Assembly (NCBI GenBank): GCA_030141605.1
Contig: JAQGDQ010000056.1
Span: forward strand, 558,001-622,000
DNA: 64,000 nucleotides
Origin: Tubiluchus corallicola
Taxonomy: Eukaryota; Animalia; Priapulida
Direction: 5' to 3'
Notes under the pieces: model-generated
What the model saw: only the letters and a program-made list of their open reading frames with translations
The model's database searches: none
What the model was told of the DNA's origin: nothing
Program-made: the position numbers and the translations under genes
Shown here: positions 24,250-39,200 of the stretch, piece by piece
Numbering within the stretch: position 1 is the first letter of the stretch
Layout of the letters: every line of letters starts with the position of its first letter

Positions 24250-25910
24250 TTTTCAAAAATATAGGACATTATTCTAAAAATTATCAGCCATTTTAAAAAA
24301 AATATGGGAATTATAGGACATTTGTCCTTAAAAACGAAAGTTCCTAACCTTACACTACAGCAATTTTCACAATTACTGCATACACCAGAACCATCAACCA
24401 GGCAATGAGAATACCAACTCTGTAAAAACATACATACTTTGCGATATCTGTAATTTAGAACTTAGAATTTAAGATGTGTGTTTAAGATATAAATCCAAAA
24501 ATGATCAGAATGTTCTAGCAAGACTGTAATGACATCCCAAGGTGGTAGATCCACATGGTTCTGAATAAGAACCAGAATGTCATCAGTGTACCACTGGTCA
24601 CATAACACTGAATCCAAAAATGGGAAAGCTTGAAGAATGCTTATCTCAAAATAATCTATATGTATATCCGCTAAGCAGATACTAGCTGGTGCACCCATAA
24701 TCAAACCAGGTATCAGTGAATAAATGGCATTATTGTATCTAAAATAAAATTTGTGTGAATAGAATAAAATAGAATAGCTTTACACAGGCTGGCAGCTGGT
24801 ATAGGAACATTAAAGAATCCTGGAGCATTTTCTGTCCATATGCATTGAGTCTTCTAATAAATTGGGAAGTAGAGTGTTTACACATACACATTGTTACATC
24901 TGCAGTGAAGCTATGTAAATCAGATCTAATGAAGCCATACAAACTGTATCATGCCTAATATCCTTTAAATCTGAAACCACATTACTCAATTTGTGAATCT
25001 TTAATCTAAGATTTTTGACAGCTGGTTTTAATATCCGATCTAGTAATTTACTGCATAAGTAAGTGATCCCAGTCACTGGACAGACAAAATTATAGGCATA
25101 ATCATTCTGATACGGTTACCAACATTATGGATCTTTACAAGGCAAAAAAGTTTTTTCGACAGAAGGAACCAGCGTCTCACCGATCTCAATGAGATTAGTT
25201 CCTCCACTTTCAATAGAGCTAATAAATGGTCAAAAAGTATTGTAGGTTCTTTTGCATTTGCTAGAGTGGCAAACAATGTTAAAACTCATTTGATGCAAAA
25301 GTGTTTTACAGTTTATTATACAAGACAATAGATTTGGTAGTGTTACATTCCATAAATATTGTGATCTATATGATCCTAAATCTGGTAAATTTGGATGACA
25401 ATGAACTGATTGCAATGATTGCCACTCATGTTACATTGGCAGGGTTAATCATATAGTTGATGCTCTGTTAAAAGAGCACGAGGTCCCTAAACTTGTAGTA
25501 GGTGAAGCAGCAACAGGGTTGGCCCAACACTGTGGGTAGGGATACTGGTCATACCATAGATGTGGAAAATATTGTAATTCTAGATTCATCAAGGTATTTT
25601 ACCAAAAAAAAACACTGCGGTTACCTATTGTACAATCAGAGGGCCCTTGAATATTCTCGTGATGCTAGTGGTGGTTGGTTCAGTTTATTCCAGTTATGTA
25701 ATTAGGTGCTGGTTGGGATAAACTGAATTGTTAGGATTTAGTTATATAGACTACTAAATACAAGGCATTGTTTTCTTCTCTTTGTATTCTATTGTTGTTG
25801 TGATTCTGGTCTAATTTTAACTTCTAAAGTTCTAAATTATAGTTTGCATAAATTATACTGATGCGGGCTTATCTAGTAAGTGCCGTAGTATTTATATCTG
25901 AATAAAAACC
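24250..25910 (-). mobile_element. Degenerate Penelope-like retroelement (RT on minus; inverted GIY-YIG tail on plus)
   Basis: Minus strand: LVKIHNVGNRIR..PII, MASLD, GLIMGAPASICLADIHIDYFE and YTDDILV (YTDD at 24579-24590). Plus strand ~25530-25700: TGHTIDVENIVILD..SRD..GGW, resembling the C-terminus of the PLE endonuclease, followed by a hammerhead-like motif and AATAAA at 25901. Confidence 0.75.
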
Positions 25911-26341
25911 ATACACTGACCTTTTCATGTCTCTTAGTATGCTTCTAAATAGTTTCCCTACTCATTGCAATTTAGAATCTTTTTGACCAGTTAACTTACT
26001 TGTTATAGAATGTAAAAAACTAGAGGACACAAACTTAATCATGGACCACATCATCCACATGTAATTTTTCTCCTCAAAAGCTGAGAAATGTTGGAAAAAA
26101 TGCTATATATTTAGATCTTACTGCCAGACAAATGTAATCTTACTGGCATACAGCCGGCCCATTTTAATAAAAAAGTTCTTGCACACTGTACACAGATCAT
26201 GTTTCAACTTGGCACACCAAGAATAGTATTTATCATTTGTTAGCTCACTGGCAGGACATCAACTAGGCCACAAGTCATTTAAGTAAATCCACTAAAATTA
26301 ATACAATACCCAGTTAATATATATATGATAAACAATTACAT

Positions 26342-28376
<2,035 letters not shown>

Positions 28377-29914
28377 TTACCTACAGAATAAAAAATATGT
28401 TGCATGACAAACTACATGTCAAACTTAAAAAGTAAATAATTAATCTGAGGTCGTTTATTTATAATTAGTTAAAAATTTACCACTTGATGTTGTTAAAAAC
28501 TTTAAGTACATTATATTAATCGTTAGTTTTAGACATTAAATTTTTTTAATATTATTATCAACAGAGCTTGCAACTACAAAGGTAATTCATCTGTCCTTTA
28601 CATTGTCTTAAATGTACTAATGCCATATATATGAACATTACCACTGAACAGATACACAATAATAATAAAAATACCAACCATAAAAAAATATCTTAGAGCC
28701 TTTCGTCTCTGGTTATACTTTAGACTATGTTTGAATTTGAAAGAATGACAGAATTTTAAGCATTTTTAACTACAAGTTAAAAAAACAACAATTGAAGCAA
28801 GTTCACTTAGAATTCAGTTACAGAATGTCATGACAGACAATAAATTGATAAATTAATAAAAGTTTATCAAATGTATGCAGAATACTTTGCTGAACAAAAA
28901 AAAGCCAGAAAAAATTCCTATGTAACTAATTCTATCAGTCCACCATTTTCAATGCAAACCAGATGAAAGTGTTTCTTCCAGCAGCTGATCATAGTTTGGT
29001 GCCAGCACTAAACAATTTTTTAGTTTCCCTGAACCAATCGGCTGTGTGCGGCCATCAGACACTTACTCTTTAACAGAATTCCACTTTTCATAGTTCAGAG
29101 AATTAAGTCCAATTTTGTCTTGATGCATGTATGCTAATAACACACTGTGAAATTTCAACTTTGCAGAACACTCGTTTCTTATTGTAGTCTAAATGTTGGC
29201 ACAAGTTTTACTGTGCCAACCAGTATAACATACATGTAAAATACTCTGACAGTTCAGTTTTTCATCTCAGAGGATAGTTATGATAATTGGCTACTTTTGT
29301 GTACTGTAAGGTCTCTCAACATTAGCACTACTATTATCAATCCATATCCATATCCAATGTTAAGGCTAGAGGTAGATCCATGGTAGAGGTAGACACCTGT
29401 AATGCCTGTTCTCTACTGGCATCAAGTATTGTACACCAGCCAGCTTCATATCACTCACTCTAACTTAAAAATGCAGGTGCACATTTACAGATCTGTTATC
29501 TGAGAGTGGCATGCTCAAAGCTAACTGCAGTAACATGACTAAACTATTCACTGTTACAGGTACCCACAAAATTTCAGTTACTCAGAACATCACGATTAAA
29601 ATAATCATAAACTATATGGAATCACATTCTGCTGTTATGACGGTGCTAACATAATTCTGATTATTTTGTATTTACACAGCAGCCACAGCTATCATACATA
29701 AATCTTTCAACTAGGCTATTTGCCTGGCTAGCACAGTACTGAATTAGTGTGCCCCAACAGCACATTCGCATGATCTCTTATTATGAGTTAGACCTATAGT
29801 ACGTTCTTATATTATTAGTGCACCATGAAATAAGTACATGATTAAGCATTATTAAGTTTAGTTTCAAACTTATCATAAAAGTAGAAACTGCATAATTTAA
29901 CTTGAAACACATAC

Positions 29915-29952
29915 TTATCAATCTTCCTCCAAGATAGGCAGCCATAGAGAGG
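29915..29952 (-). other. RPS27A: Probable non-coding first exon of RPS27A with a pyrimidine (TOP/TCT-like) start
   Basis: The minus strand reads CCTCTCT...GATAA|GTATGT (donor). The matching acceptor is TTCTGTAG| at 28380, 16 nt upstream of the ATG. This is a typical ribosomal protein gene layout. Confidence 0.6.
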
Positions 29953-30260
29953 CAGCACTAGCGTTTTCCTTTCACATTATTGAAAATGTTTTATGTACAT
30001 TTTAAAATGTAAGATGCTTTGAGAAAAAAATCGCAAATTAATAGAATTAAGGTAACAACGTTTAGTCGGATTTAACGTATTTTATTTTATGTAATAAAAT
30101 ATTTTTGTTAAAATTTAATAAAGCTGTTGCGCCACCTATCGGACATTACAGTAACGAACATAGTATAATGCCGTTAGCTATGTTGGTATTATCGTATCGC
30201 AGTTGGCTGCACAATTTTTATGATTTTTCAGGAAAAACATGAAAAAAGAAAATTATCAAA
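29950..30260. promoter_or_regulatory. Bidirectional promoter region for RPS27A and TTC7, with a CTCF-like motif
   Basis: The divergent gene starts are ~300 bp apart. GCGCCACCTATCGG at 30129-30142 (reverse CCGATAGGTGGCGC) resembles the CTCF core motif. Confidence 0.6.
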
Positions 30261-33200
30261 ATGGCAAGTAAACCGACGAAGTCGTTACTCAAACTTGAGA
30301 CGGATGTGGACAAAAATAGATCTTTGTCCAACTGGAGAAAATTGCTCGACATAGCGGCTCAAATTTCAAGTACAGGATCCAAAACACCTGGTATTGGTAA
30401 GTGCAAAGCTTCAATCTAAACATCGATTCTTAAATTGGAACATTTTTGTCCAGTATAGGTTACAGGAAAAGTTTGTTAAATATAAAATAATTGTAATCAT
30501 GGGGCAGTACACGGATGGACTAAAGGGTCATCTAGTCTCCTGCCCTTTCATAAAGATAGATTGGTGTATTAAAAATATAGGCCTACGGTGATGCTGCAGA
30601 TAACAGAAACAAATTAGAAAAAAAGTAGCACAAATTGTCAAAAAAAAACGAAAACCAAAAAATAATAAAGTTAAATACATAAATGTAAGCAGAATAATTC
30701 AATTTTGGGACAACACAAACATGTCCACACCTAATGTCCACACCTATTACACGAGGTCTACCCGCAAAGGAAATTTTTTTCAAAAATGAATCATCTTGTG
30801 GTTTAAGTAGTATGCAACATAATGGTACAAAACTCTGGAATAATTTACCCTCTGAGCTAAAGTCGTGCACAGTTTTAACTTCAGCAGTGAAAAACTTAAA
30901 AAAAATATTAGTGAATAAGTACTCTCTCTGAATCTATCAACTATGCACTTAAGTGTTTTATGCATGCACGTGTGGTCATTTTCTTTCTTGTCTATATATT
31001 TTCTTGTGCTTTTTTAATTAACGATTTTAATCGTCAAAACCCACACTCCTAAAAATTCTGGAAATGACTATCACTATTTGTATACTGGTATTAATCAAAA
31101 ATTAATCTACATATCTCAAAGTCACCAAAAATATGACACTTTATAGTTGTTTGTGATAATATTTCCTCATGAAAAAATTGTCTTTTTACACCTTACGATC
31201 AAACATGTACGTGTCTATTTCTTTATTCATGGCAGTTCGCAAGTTCCATGTTTTACAAAACAGTATAACTATTTTATTTTCTGTTTATGCTTAGAGTAAT
31301 TCAGGCTTCTATACTATCTAAAATTAGATTAAAGGAGTTACTGGTTAAAAAACTAAAATTAAAAGAACAACAACACCATTATATTGTACTCATAAAAAAT
31401 AACTTTATTATTGTCTACAATGCTGACTAAAATTATTTATTTCACTTTATATAGGGGAAGGGAGTAAAAGACCGTATGGTCGTTCCTTTTTCCCACACTA
31501 TATAAATATTTACTTGTCAACTGACTATAGTCTGTATATCTTGTTATGTCTGAAATGAAAGTTCTTAAGTATTATGTTTGTAAATCGTAATCTTAATATT
31601 GTCACATTAACCAAAATAATAGTTAGAGGACTCACAAGAAACAATAAAGAGGACAACAAAGTCTATATACAAACACAATTATATCTATATGGTGCTGGTT
31701 TGGGTAAAGAAAATGAAAAATAATAAATAGTACTTGCAAAATATTTTTGGTAATATATTACAGCAAGTGATAACAATTTCATTTTTTTAGTATGATTTTT
31801 TAAAGATTGGGGGGATTTTATGAATGAAAGTAGATTATTCAGTAATTATTCAGTAAAGTAGGATTATTATATGTAGTTGTAGTATTAAAGTAGTAGTTTC
31901 AAACGGGGCCTTATTAACTGGAGAATTTGAATAAGGTTAGTGGGTAAACTTAAAAACTGAGAGTATGGAAAAAATAAGTGTGAAAAAAGCATGAAAAAAG
32001 AGAGTGTCTTGTAGCAAAATTCATGAGAAAAAAGTAATAGGAGAAAGCAAAAAAACTAGCTGGCTTGCTTATATGAGTCTTGCAAGCTACATACTACAGG
32101 TATATCCATTTAGTAGATTTTCGTGTATTTTTTGGACGTCTATATTTAGGAAAAGAATTTATTAACATGGACAGCAATGTTCTTAGGCCTTATAGATTCA
32201 TACAGCTTTATGAGTTTTGCTTTTTTGTAAAGACTGTAAAATAACAGAATCTTGCTATATAAAGTATATAGTGATTAAAGTATTTAAACTATTAAAAGTA
32301 TATAGCTGATAAGTCAATGCCTCTTACATTTTGCTTTCCTAGGAATATGTGCATTGTTAATTATGATGTTTTGATGACTGGTGACTTCCAGCATTACCTA
32401 GTTTCACTACATTATCCTAATATATATATTGGGAGGTCTTTCAAGCATGACTTTTTTGTGCAGGTGCTATGTAATTTAAACTAATACCTCAGTTCAAGTG
32501 CTGTTTTGTAAGTTTTATTTTTTTATAAGAATTGCATTATGCTTACTTTGCTGATATATAGTTTAGGCTCATGTGGCCCAGAAAAAGCCACAAGGGTAAG
32601 CAGAAGACCATAATACGTAAACCGGAATGATAATTTAAGCTTCTTCCATAAAGCTGTAGTCCATAATATGTAAACCCGAATGATATATTAAGCTTCTTCC
32701 ATAAAGTGTTTCACCTGATTCATTGGAGGTTCGTTGCTTTATTAAATAATAAGGCATTTTGTGTGTATATGAAAGTCAACACATTGCATTTTTTGCAGAA
32801 AATGTTGCAAAATTTCTTAATGGTGAAGCACAGTTAGAGCAGTATTTGGAGGAGTTTTCCCTGTTGGATGATGATGTTGGCAAAGCCACTTCTAAATTGT
32901 CTGAGCCCAAGAGGCTTTTGATAGATGTCCTGAAGGGTCAAACAAAGGTAGTTTGTTCGGTTTCTGTATAATATTCAATGTTTAACTCGCTAAACGACAT
33001 GTGTGCAGTGCTATTTTGAGAAAATTAATGCATTTATTATTGCAGACACTTCTTACTTATTTAAGAACAAGAATTTTAACAAAAATGTAAAACGGGGTAC
33101 TATTGGGGGTTAGAAAAAGTGAGAATTTTGTGGAATGAATAAGGTGATTTGGAGTTGTGTAATTTAAAAGAGCAAAGCTAAATATAGTCCGAAGAAGTCT

Positions 33201-36200
33201 GAAGAAGTTTGTTTTGTTCTCACTTGAAGGTGGTCACCGATGAGCAAGCAGCTTATTGTATCGTTAATTATGTGATAAAAATATCAGCATGATGATTTCT
33301 AGTGCAACTTACACTAGTTCAACAGATTACATGCAAATGTTTATGCATGGTAAAACATGATCCTAATAATACAATGTTTGATAATCGTTTGAGTTAAATT
33401 TAAGTTTTGTAGAGACACAAAGTACGATTCTTATTCGTATTTACATGTTTAGTATAATGTGCCTCAGTTCAGTAAGCAGTGTCATGTTTTAAGAACTATG
33501 GCATAACTGATATTTGTGATTTTTATTTAGTAAGAGTCTGTGAGTGTGAGGTTGCATTGACCGTTGAAGTGCCAATCTACCTGGTGAATAATTGCTCTAA
33601 AGCCTACTAATATGTAGTCTTCAAAGATGAGTTAATGTTTGAGGACTGTGGCAGTATTATGTTTCTGATTTACAGTCGCACAAATATATTTTACTAGAAA
33701 GAAACAATACTGGCCAAGGCTGGCCACAAATCTGCTTGCGTTTAGTTGAACATTTTACTGTTTATATGTATCATTTTATTGTTTATTTTATCTTATGTAG
33801 CCAATAATGTGGTTGGAATGCAACTTGTTACTTGCTAAGGTAGCATATGCAGTGAAGTCATACGATGAGGCACTGTCTTATTATGATAAAGTTGGTTTGG
33901 AGGATTTGACTGTAGATGTTGTGAGTCATCGCTTTTTAAGATTGCTGGCTGAAGGATATATAATTAAAGGTAAAGATTGTCTTGCTGTTAAATTTATGTA
34001 TGTGTTTTAAAACGTCATATTATGGTGATTGCAAGCAAAACTGCAATTAATATATTTTAGTGCTGCATTTTGGCATATTGTGTGGCACCCAACAACCATA
34101 AAATCAGTACAAGACAACCTTTATGCATGCGATTTTATAAATTTATATTACAACATGGGTGTTAGCACAGGAGAGAAGCGGTCATTTGGTATGATTGACC
34201 CATTCCGCTAGACTCTATGACTTTTGATGTTGCTTGTGAAGCTTTTCAAAAATTTTCTTAGTTTTTCTTGAGCTTTGAAACATACTTAGCATGTGTCCTA
34301 ACTAGTACCAGTTTATATGTTGTTATGGGCACTTTGATTCAGCTAATTAACATGTGAATTGTTAATCTCACATTTGTAATTTGATAGATGTAAAGAGCTG
34401 TATTGTAATGTTTAATTTGATAGCTGTATTGTAATGTTTAATTTGATAGATGTAAATTGCATTACAATGTATAATTTGATAGATATAAACTGTATTGTAA
34501 CATAGACACTAGTGCATAAGAGGAAAAGTCACTTGGTGTGACTGACCGTTGCTTTGCAATCATTCATCTTTACTTCTGATGGAGTCAAAATGATTTCTGT
34601 ACTGTCCTTTTGTTAAACATCTGTTTAATTTGACTTTTTACGCTTTTTGGAATTGTAACACTATAGTCTATAGCATTCCAAAACTAAAATTACTATACAA
34701 TAAATTCTTTTAAATGCTATATGTTTTTTCAGCATTTTGTTTGGAAAAGGTTCCATTGAAATCGTCAAGTAAGTTCACGAAGTTAAAAAGAGATAATACG
34801 GTCCTCTGCTTGCTAGAAAGAGGTGGTGATCTTGCATTAGTGTATTTACAGGTATGTGTGATTACACAATGAAATAAATAAAGTATCCTAATAGGCTTTT
34901 AGCAGTTTAGTTTTTTGTGTCCTAAATTAAATGGTTTGCCCTTACAAGAGCATCTTAAAAAGACGACTCAGTTTTGGACGATGATGATGTTCAGATTTTT
35001 TCTTTCATAAACTTTATGAGCGCTGTTTATATTGAACCACATTCTTAAGCTGAAACCTTGAAATGTGAAATGGCTTTATATTAATTGCCTGATCAGTGAT
35101 CACCAAGGTTTTAATGCCATTTACACCCTTCCGACAGTCGACCTTTTGTTGCAGTGCCAATCTCAAAAGTATTAAATAAGGCATGTTGTTTATCCAGGTT
35201 GAAAATTTATTGGCATGATTTCAGTCATGAGACCTTCTTCAGACTGGATCTATCTTTAAAACAATATTAAGTGTCTCATGTTTGCGGCTCAGTACAACAA
35301 GAGACCAGTAAGGATTCAATGGGAAATAAATTAAAGAGTTTACTTACAATAAGCGAAAAGCAATACTCCTGTCGAGATTCCTAAAGTTGCCAATTATGAG
35401 TTGAAGCAAACATGGAAGTTTGTCCATCCAGAAGGACAAAAAAGTGACTTTTTATAAGTTTCACAAAAAACGAAAACCCGCTTAAGAAATGATATTGTTT
35501 AATGATGATCTCAAGGTTTTATATTAAGAGAAATTTGTTTTCATTTTAAATTAATCTGCAAAACTGCACTAGGTTTGTCATATACACTCTGTGCAATATT
35601 GTCACGCAGTTTAAATTTAGGCAAAATTTACTGACTGACTGGTGATTAAAAGTGCTTGTTGTAATAAAATACTATTGGAAACTCTGGCAAAATGTGTCGA
35701 CTTAGCAGTGCAGCTATCCTGTGAAGACACTAATATTTAACTTAATATATCTCTGCTCAGAAAAGATGTGTGCACATTTTGAAGTAACATGTTAACTGCT
35801 AATGTTTAATGTGACTGTTGAAATATAAATAAGTATTTGGTAGAATCTGAGAACGTGAGTACTTTATTTGCATAAAGTTACGACATAATATTAGTAACGA
35901 TAACAAATATAAATAACGTTGAGTTTTTTAAATTGATATTAAGCTTCACTTTTCTGCTTTTTAACCCTAATGTATCATACAGTATATTTTGTCCATTGTG
36001 AGTAATCTCTGTTCTTTTGCGCTGCTAATCTTTTGTTGTACTGAACTATGACAAGTTTAATTTGATTTTAACAATTGTTACAGTCCTGATGCTGGGCCAT
36101 TCAGTTAATATAATATTATGTTGACAAGATGTAGCTTGAAGTGTGCGATTAGTGTGAGGCTAATAAGAAGCACTGTCTTTACTTGATATTTCATATAGAG

Positions 36201-39200
36201 TTTAATATAAATCAATTTAATTAATCAAAATTTGTTGCATTCATTTATTGCAAATCAAAAGAAAGTTTTAGTGATGAAATAAGCAAATATTACTGTAATG
36301 TGTAGATAATATTGTAAAATGTTTTGTAGTAGCTGAAAATTCCTTTTCAGGATGAGGACAAAATGTTTGGTTCTTCACGCAGTATCAATCAGAGTCTTTC
36401 CGAAACTAACACAGGGCAAATTGGGGAGTTATTCAGTGCAGCTATGCAACGGGCACCTTTACTGCGTATTCGACATGGGTGTGCAAACCAAACACTAAAT
36501 TTTTGGCTTTACTGAGCATCATTTGTTAAAGTTAAACTATGGACAAATGAAGTCGAATTTGTTATATCACAGAATATGTTCTTATAGACATCAATCAGAA
36601 CATATTAACTTGCAACCTTTATACCTAGGAGAGATGCACACTAAGAAAATTTAACACTTGTGTAAATAAGTGGATGATGATGTTAATTTTAATTTGTTTT
36701 GCCTTTTTTCAAAATTTTTGATGTAATTTTCTAATTGCTAATTAGATGTTTTTCCATACTTTTTCATTTGTTTGTACATCCATTTGTTACTTTGTTAAGT
36801 CATTTAATTGCTTATGCTAACACTCATTTACTCGGTATACTCACTTGCTTTGCTGCTCAATTATTTGCTTCTTTTCTTCATTATTTTAGTCATCCGCTTG
36901 GGAATAGTTTATTGTTTACCTAAATTGTAACGTTATAAAGTTTTCATAATCATTTTATAGAGAAATGTCCAGAGGTATTGGTCAATACAGAAGAATCCTT
37001 AAAACTGTTGAGTCTAAAGCTACTCAAAGTATTCGACAGTGTCTGGCTACTCAATTAGCGGAAGTATTATTGAGAGGTATGATTTTGTTGTGGTTCATAG
37101 AGGCAGTGGTCAAGCAAATAAAAACAGATATGTACCTGTTAGCTATATATATATAACAGTGCAGCACTCTAGCTTCTGCTCAGGCAGATATTTAAGTAAC
37201 GAAAGTTGAAATAATAGAAAACTTAATATGCAAGGCAGTTTGGACGCATAGTTTCAAAGGTGAATGTTTCTGAGTGGTCATCATCTGAATGATTTCTTTT
37301 GTTACTTAGCAGATGATGCACGTGTTCAAATGTTCTTATATTTACTGATATTCAGAAGTGTTTTGCATTCCATGAGAGTTCTTTGGGGCATTGGTTGTGT
37401 AGGTCTAGACAATTTTTGAACCAACCTTCTTTATATGTATGTAGCCTGTATTAATTAGATACTTATACATATGAGAATCCTGACAATATACGTGCTTTAG
37501 ACTTGAACTTTATGTGTCTGATCTGGCTAACCTGTGTGTTCTGGTATATATGACACATCCTGACATGATTTAAGATAACCCTAATATTTGGTTGTTTATA
37601 TAACAGGTGTGACAGAGACAAGTTATCATGAAATTGAAACTGAAGCAAAAGTGCAAGAAGGAAATAGAGACGCTTTTGTTAAGATGACTGATGGTTCAAC
37701 AACTTCTCTGATCCCACGAGAGTATAAGGGTGAGAGGTAAAATATTATTATTTTTATTTGTGAATTCATTTCTTCAAGAAGCTGATGAGTTTACTATTGG
37801 CATTTGGGTGGGATTTCATCTGAAACCGAATTTGATTCAATTCGATTTTCATTTTCTGATAGGGAATGCTCACCCCTTGTGTCTAATAACACAAGATTCT
37901 TTTATTCATAAATCATGTCTGTTTTGTGTTTTTTCCTTTCTGTGTACATTAAAATAATTGTGAAACAAATTGTTGTGTATACATATCTGAAATACTTGTG
38001 ATGCATCTTTTTCTTGTCCAGATGACAATTTTTACAACTTTCGGAAAAATGCTGTGTTTTTAAAAATTCATGTCTATTATATTTTAGTAGTCAAACTGGC
38101 ATTTAATAAATGATCTCTAAAAATGATGGAGATTAGAAATAAATTCAAATGTGAATCATCATGTCATATCTTATATATGTCCAATACATCTTTACCAAGT
38201 CTGTGGTCAGTTTTGGTGTATGATTTGCAGTGATAATGGTGTGATTAGTGTGATATAGTGTGAATTTTTATTTTCAGAATCTTTAAGCCGGAAACTGTAG
38301 AAGAGGAAATTCTATTACTTCTTTTAATCAGCGAAGCAACAGTAAGCCAAAATTCTCATGTTGGTAAATTCTAATAAATTATGATTATGAAGTAAACCAT
38401 GATAGCAGTCAATGATTCCTCATGTTTCATTAAATTGTACAGTCCCCATAAACATGATATGTGTGGGTTCAGCTGTTCTAATTCAAATTGTTTGCATTGA
38501 ATCACAAGCTGCTAAGGGATGTGTGTCGGAGTAGACACATACGTATAACAGTTGTCATTTAATGTATTGTTCAAGTATTGATCAATAGGTGAATGTGATG
38601 AATCATAAAAAAAAAAGCCATGATAAAAATGCTTCTTTGTTGTAAAAGTGTTTTTTGCAGTACTAACTTTTCACAATGACACGTCTGAGAAATTCGGATA
38701 GTATAATACATTATAGCAAGAATATAGTATGTTTTTTCTTTGACTGCTTTAAATTCAGGTCTTCATGGAAACGTTAAACTGTTTATTTTTGCCAGAGACT
38801 GAGATATCTGTCATTTGATGTTTGTGAATTTTCTTTGTATAATTTGCCTGAGAATTTTTCCTCGGTGTAAATTTACGGATTTTTGCAGGTTTATGTTAAA
38901 AGTTTGAAATGCTGGCATTTTAAGTCTGCATTGCTTGATGTTGTCTCCTTGGTTTAGCAGACCACATTATGAGATATTAAGTTGTATGTTAGTGACAAGT
39001 AAAATCTTGTTATGTTTTATGTGTATTTCTAGTGTACTAGTCCTAGAAAATTAATCAGAATAATTTTCAAATGGTATGATAATTGTGACTTGATACTGGA
39101 AAAATTGTCATCTTTGCGTTTTGTCCCAATCAAAAGTCATGGTAGGGGAGAATCCATGTTTTCTGGTATGCTTACTTTGGCTATCTACACTATGGTAGAA

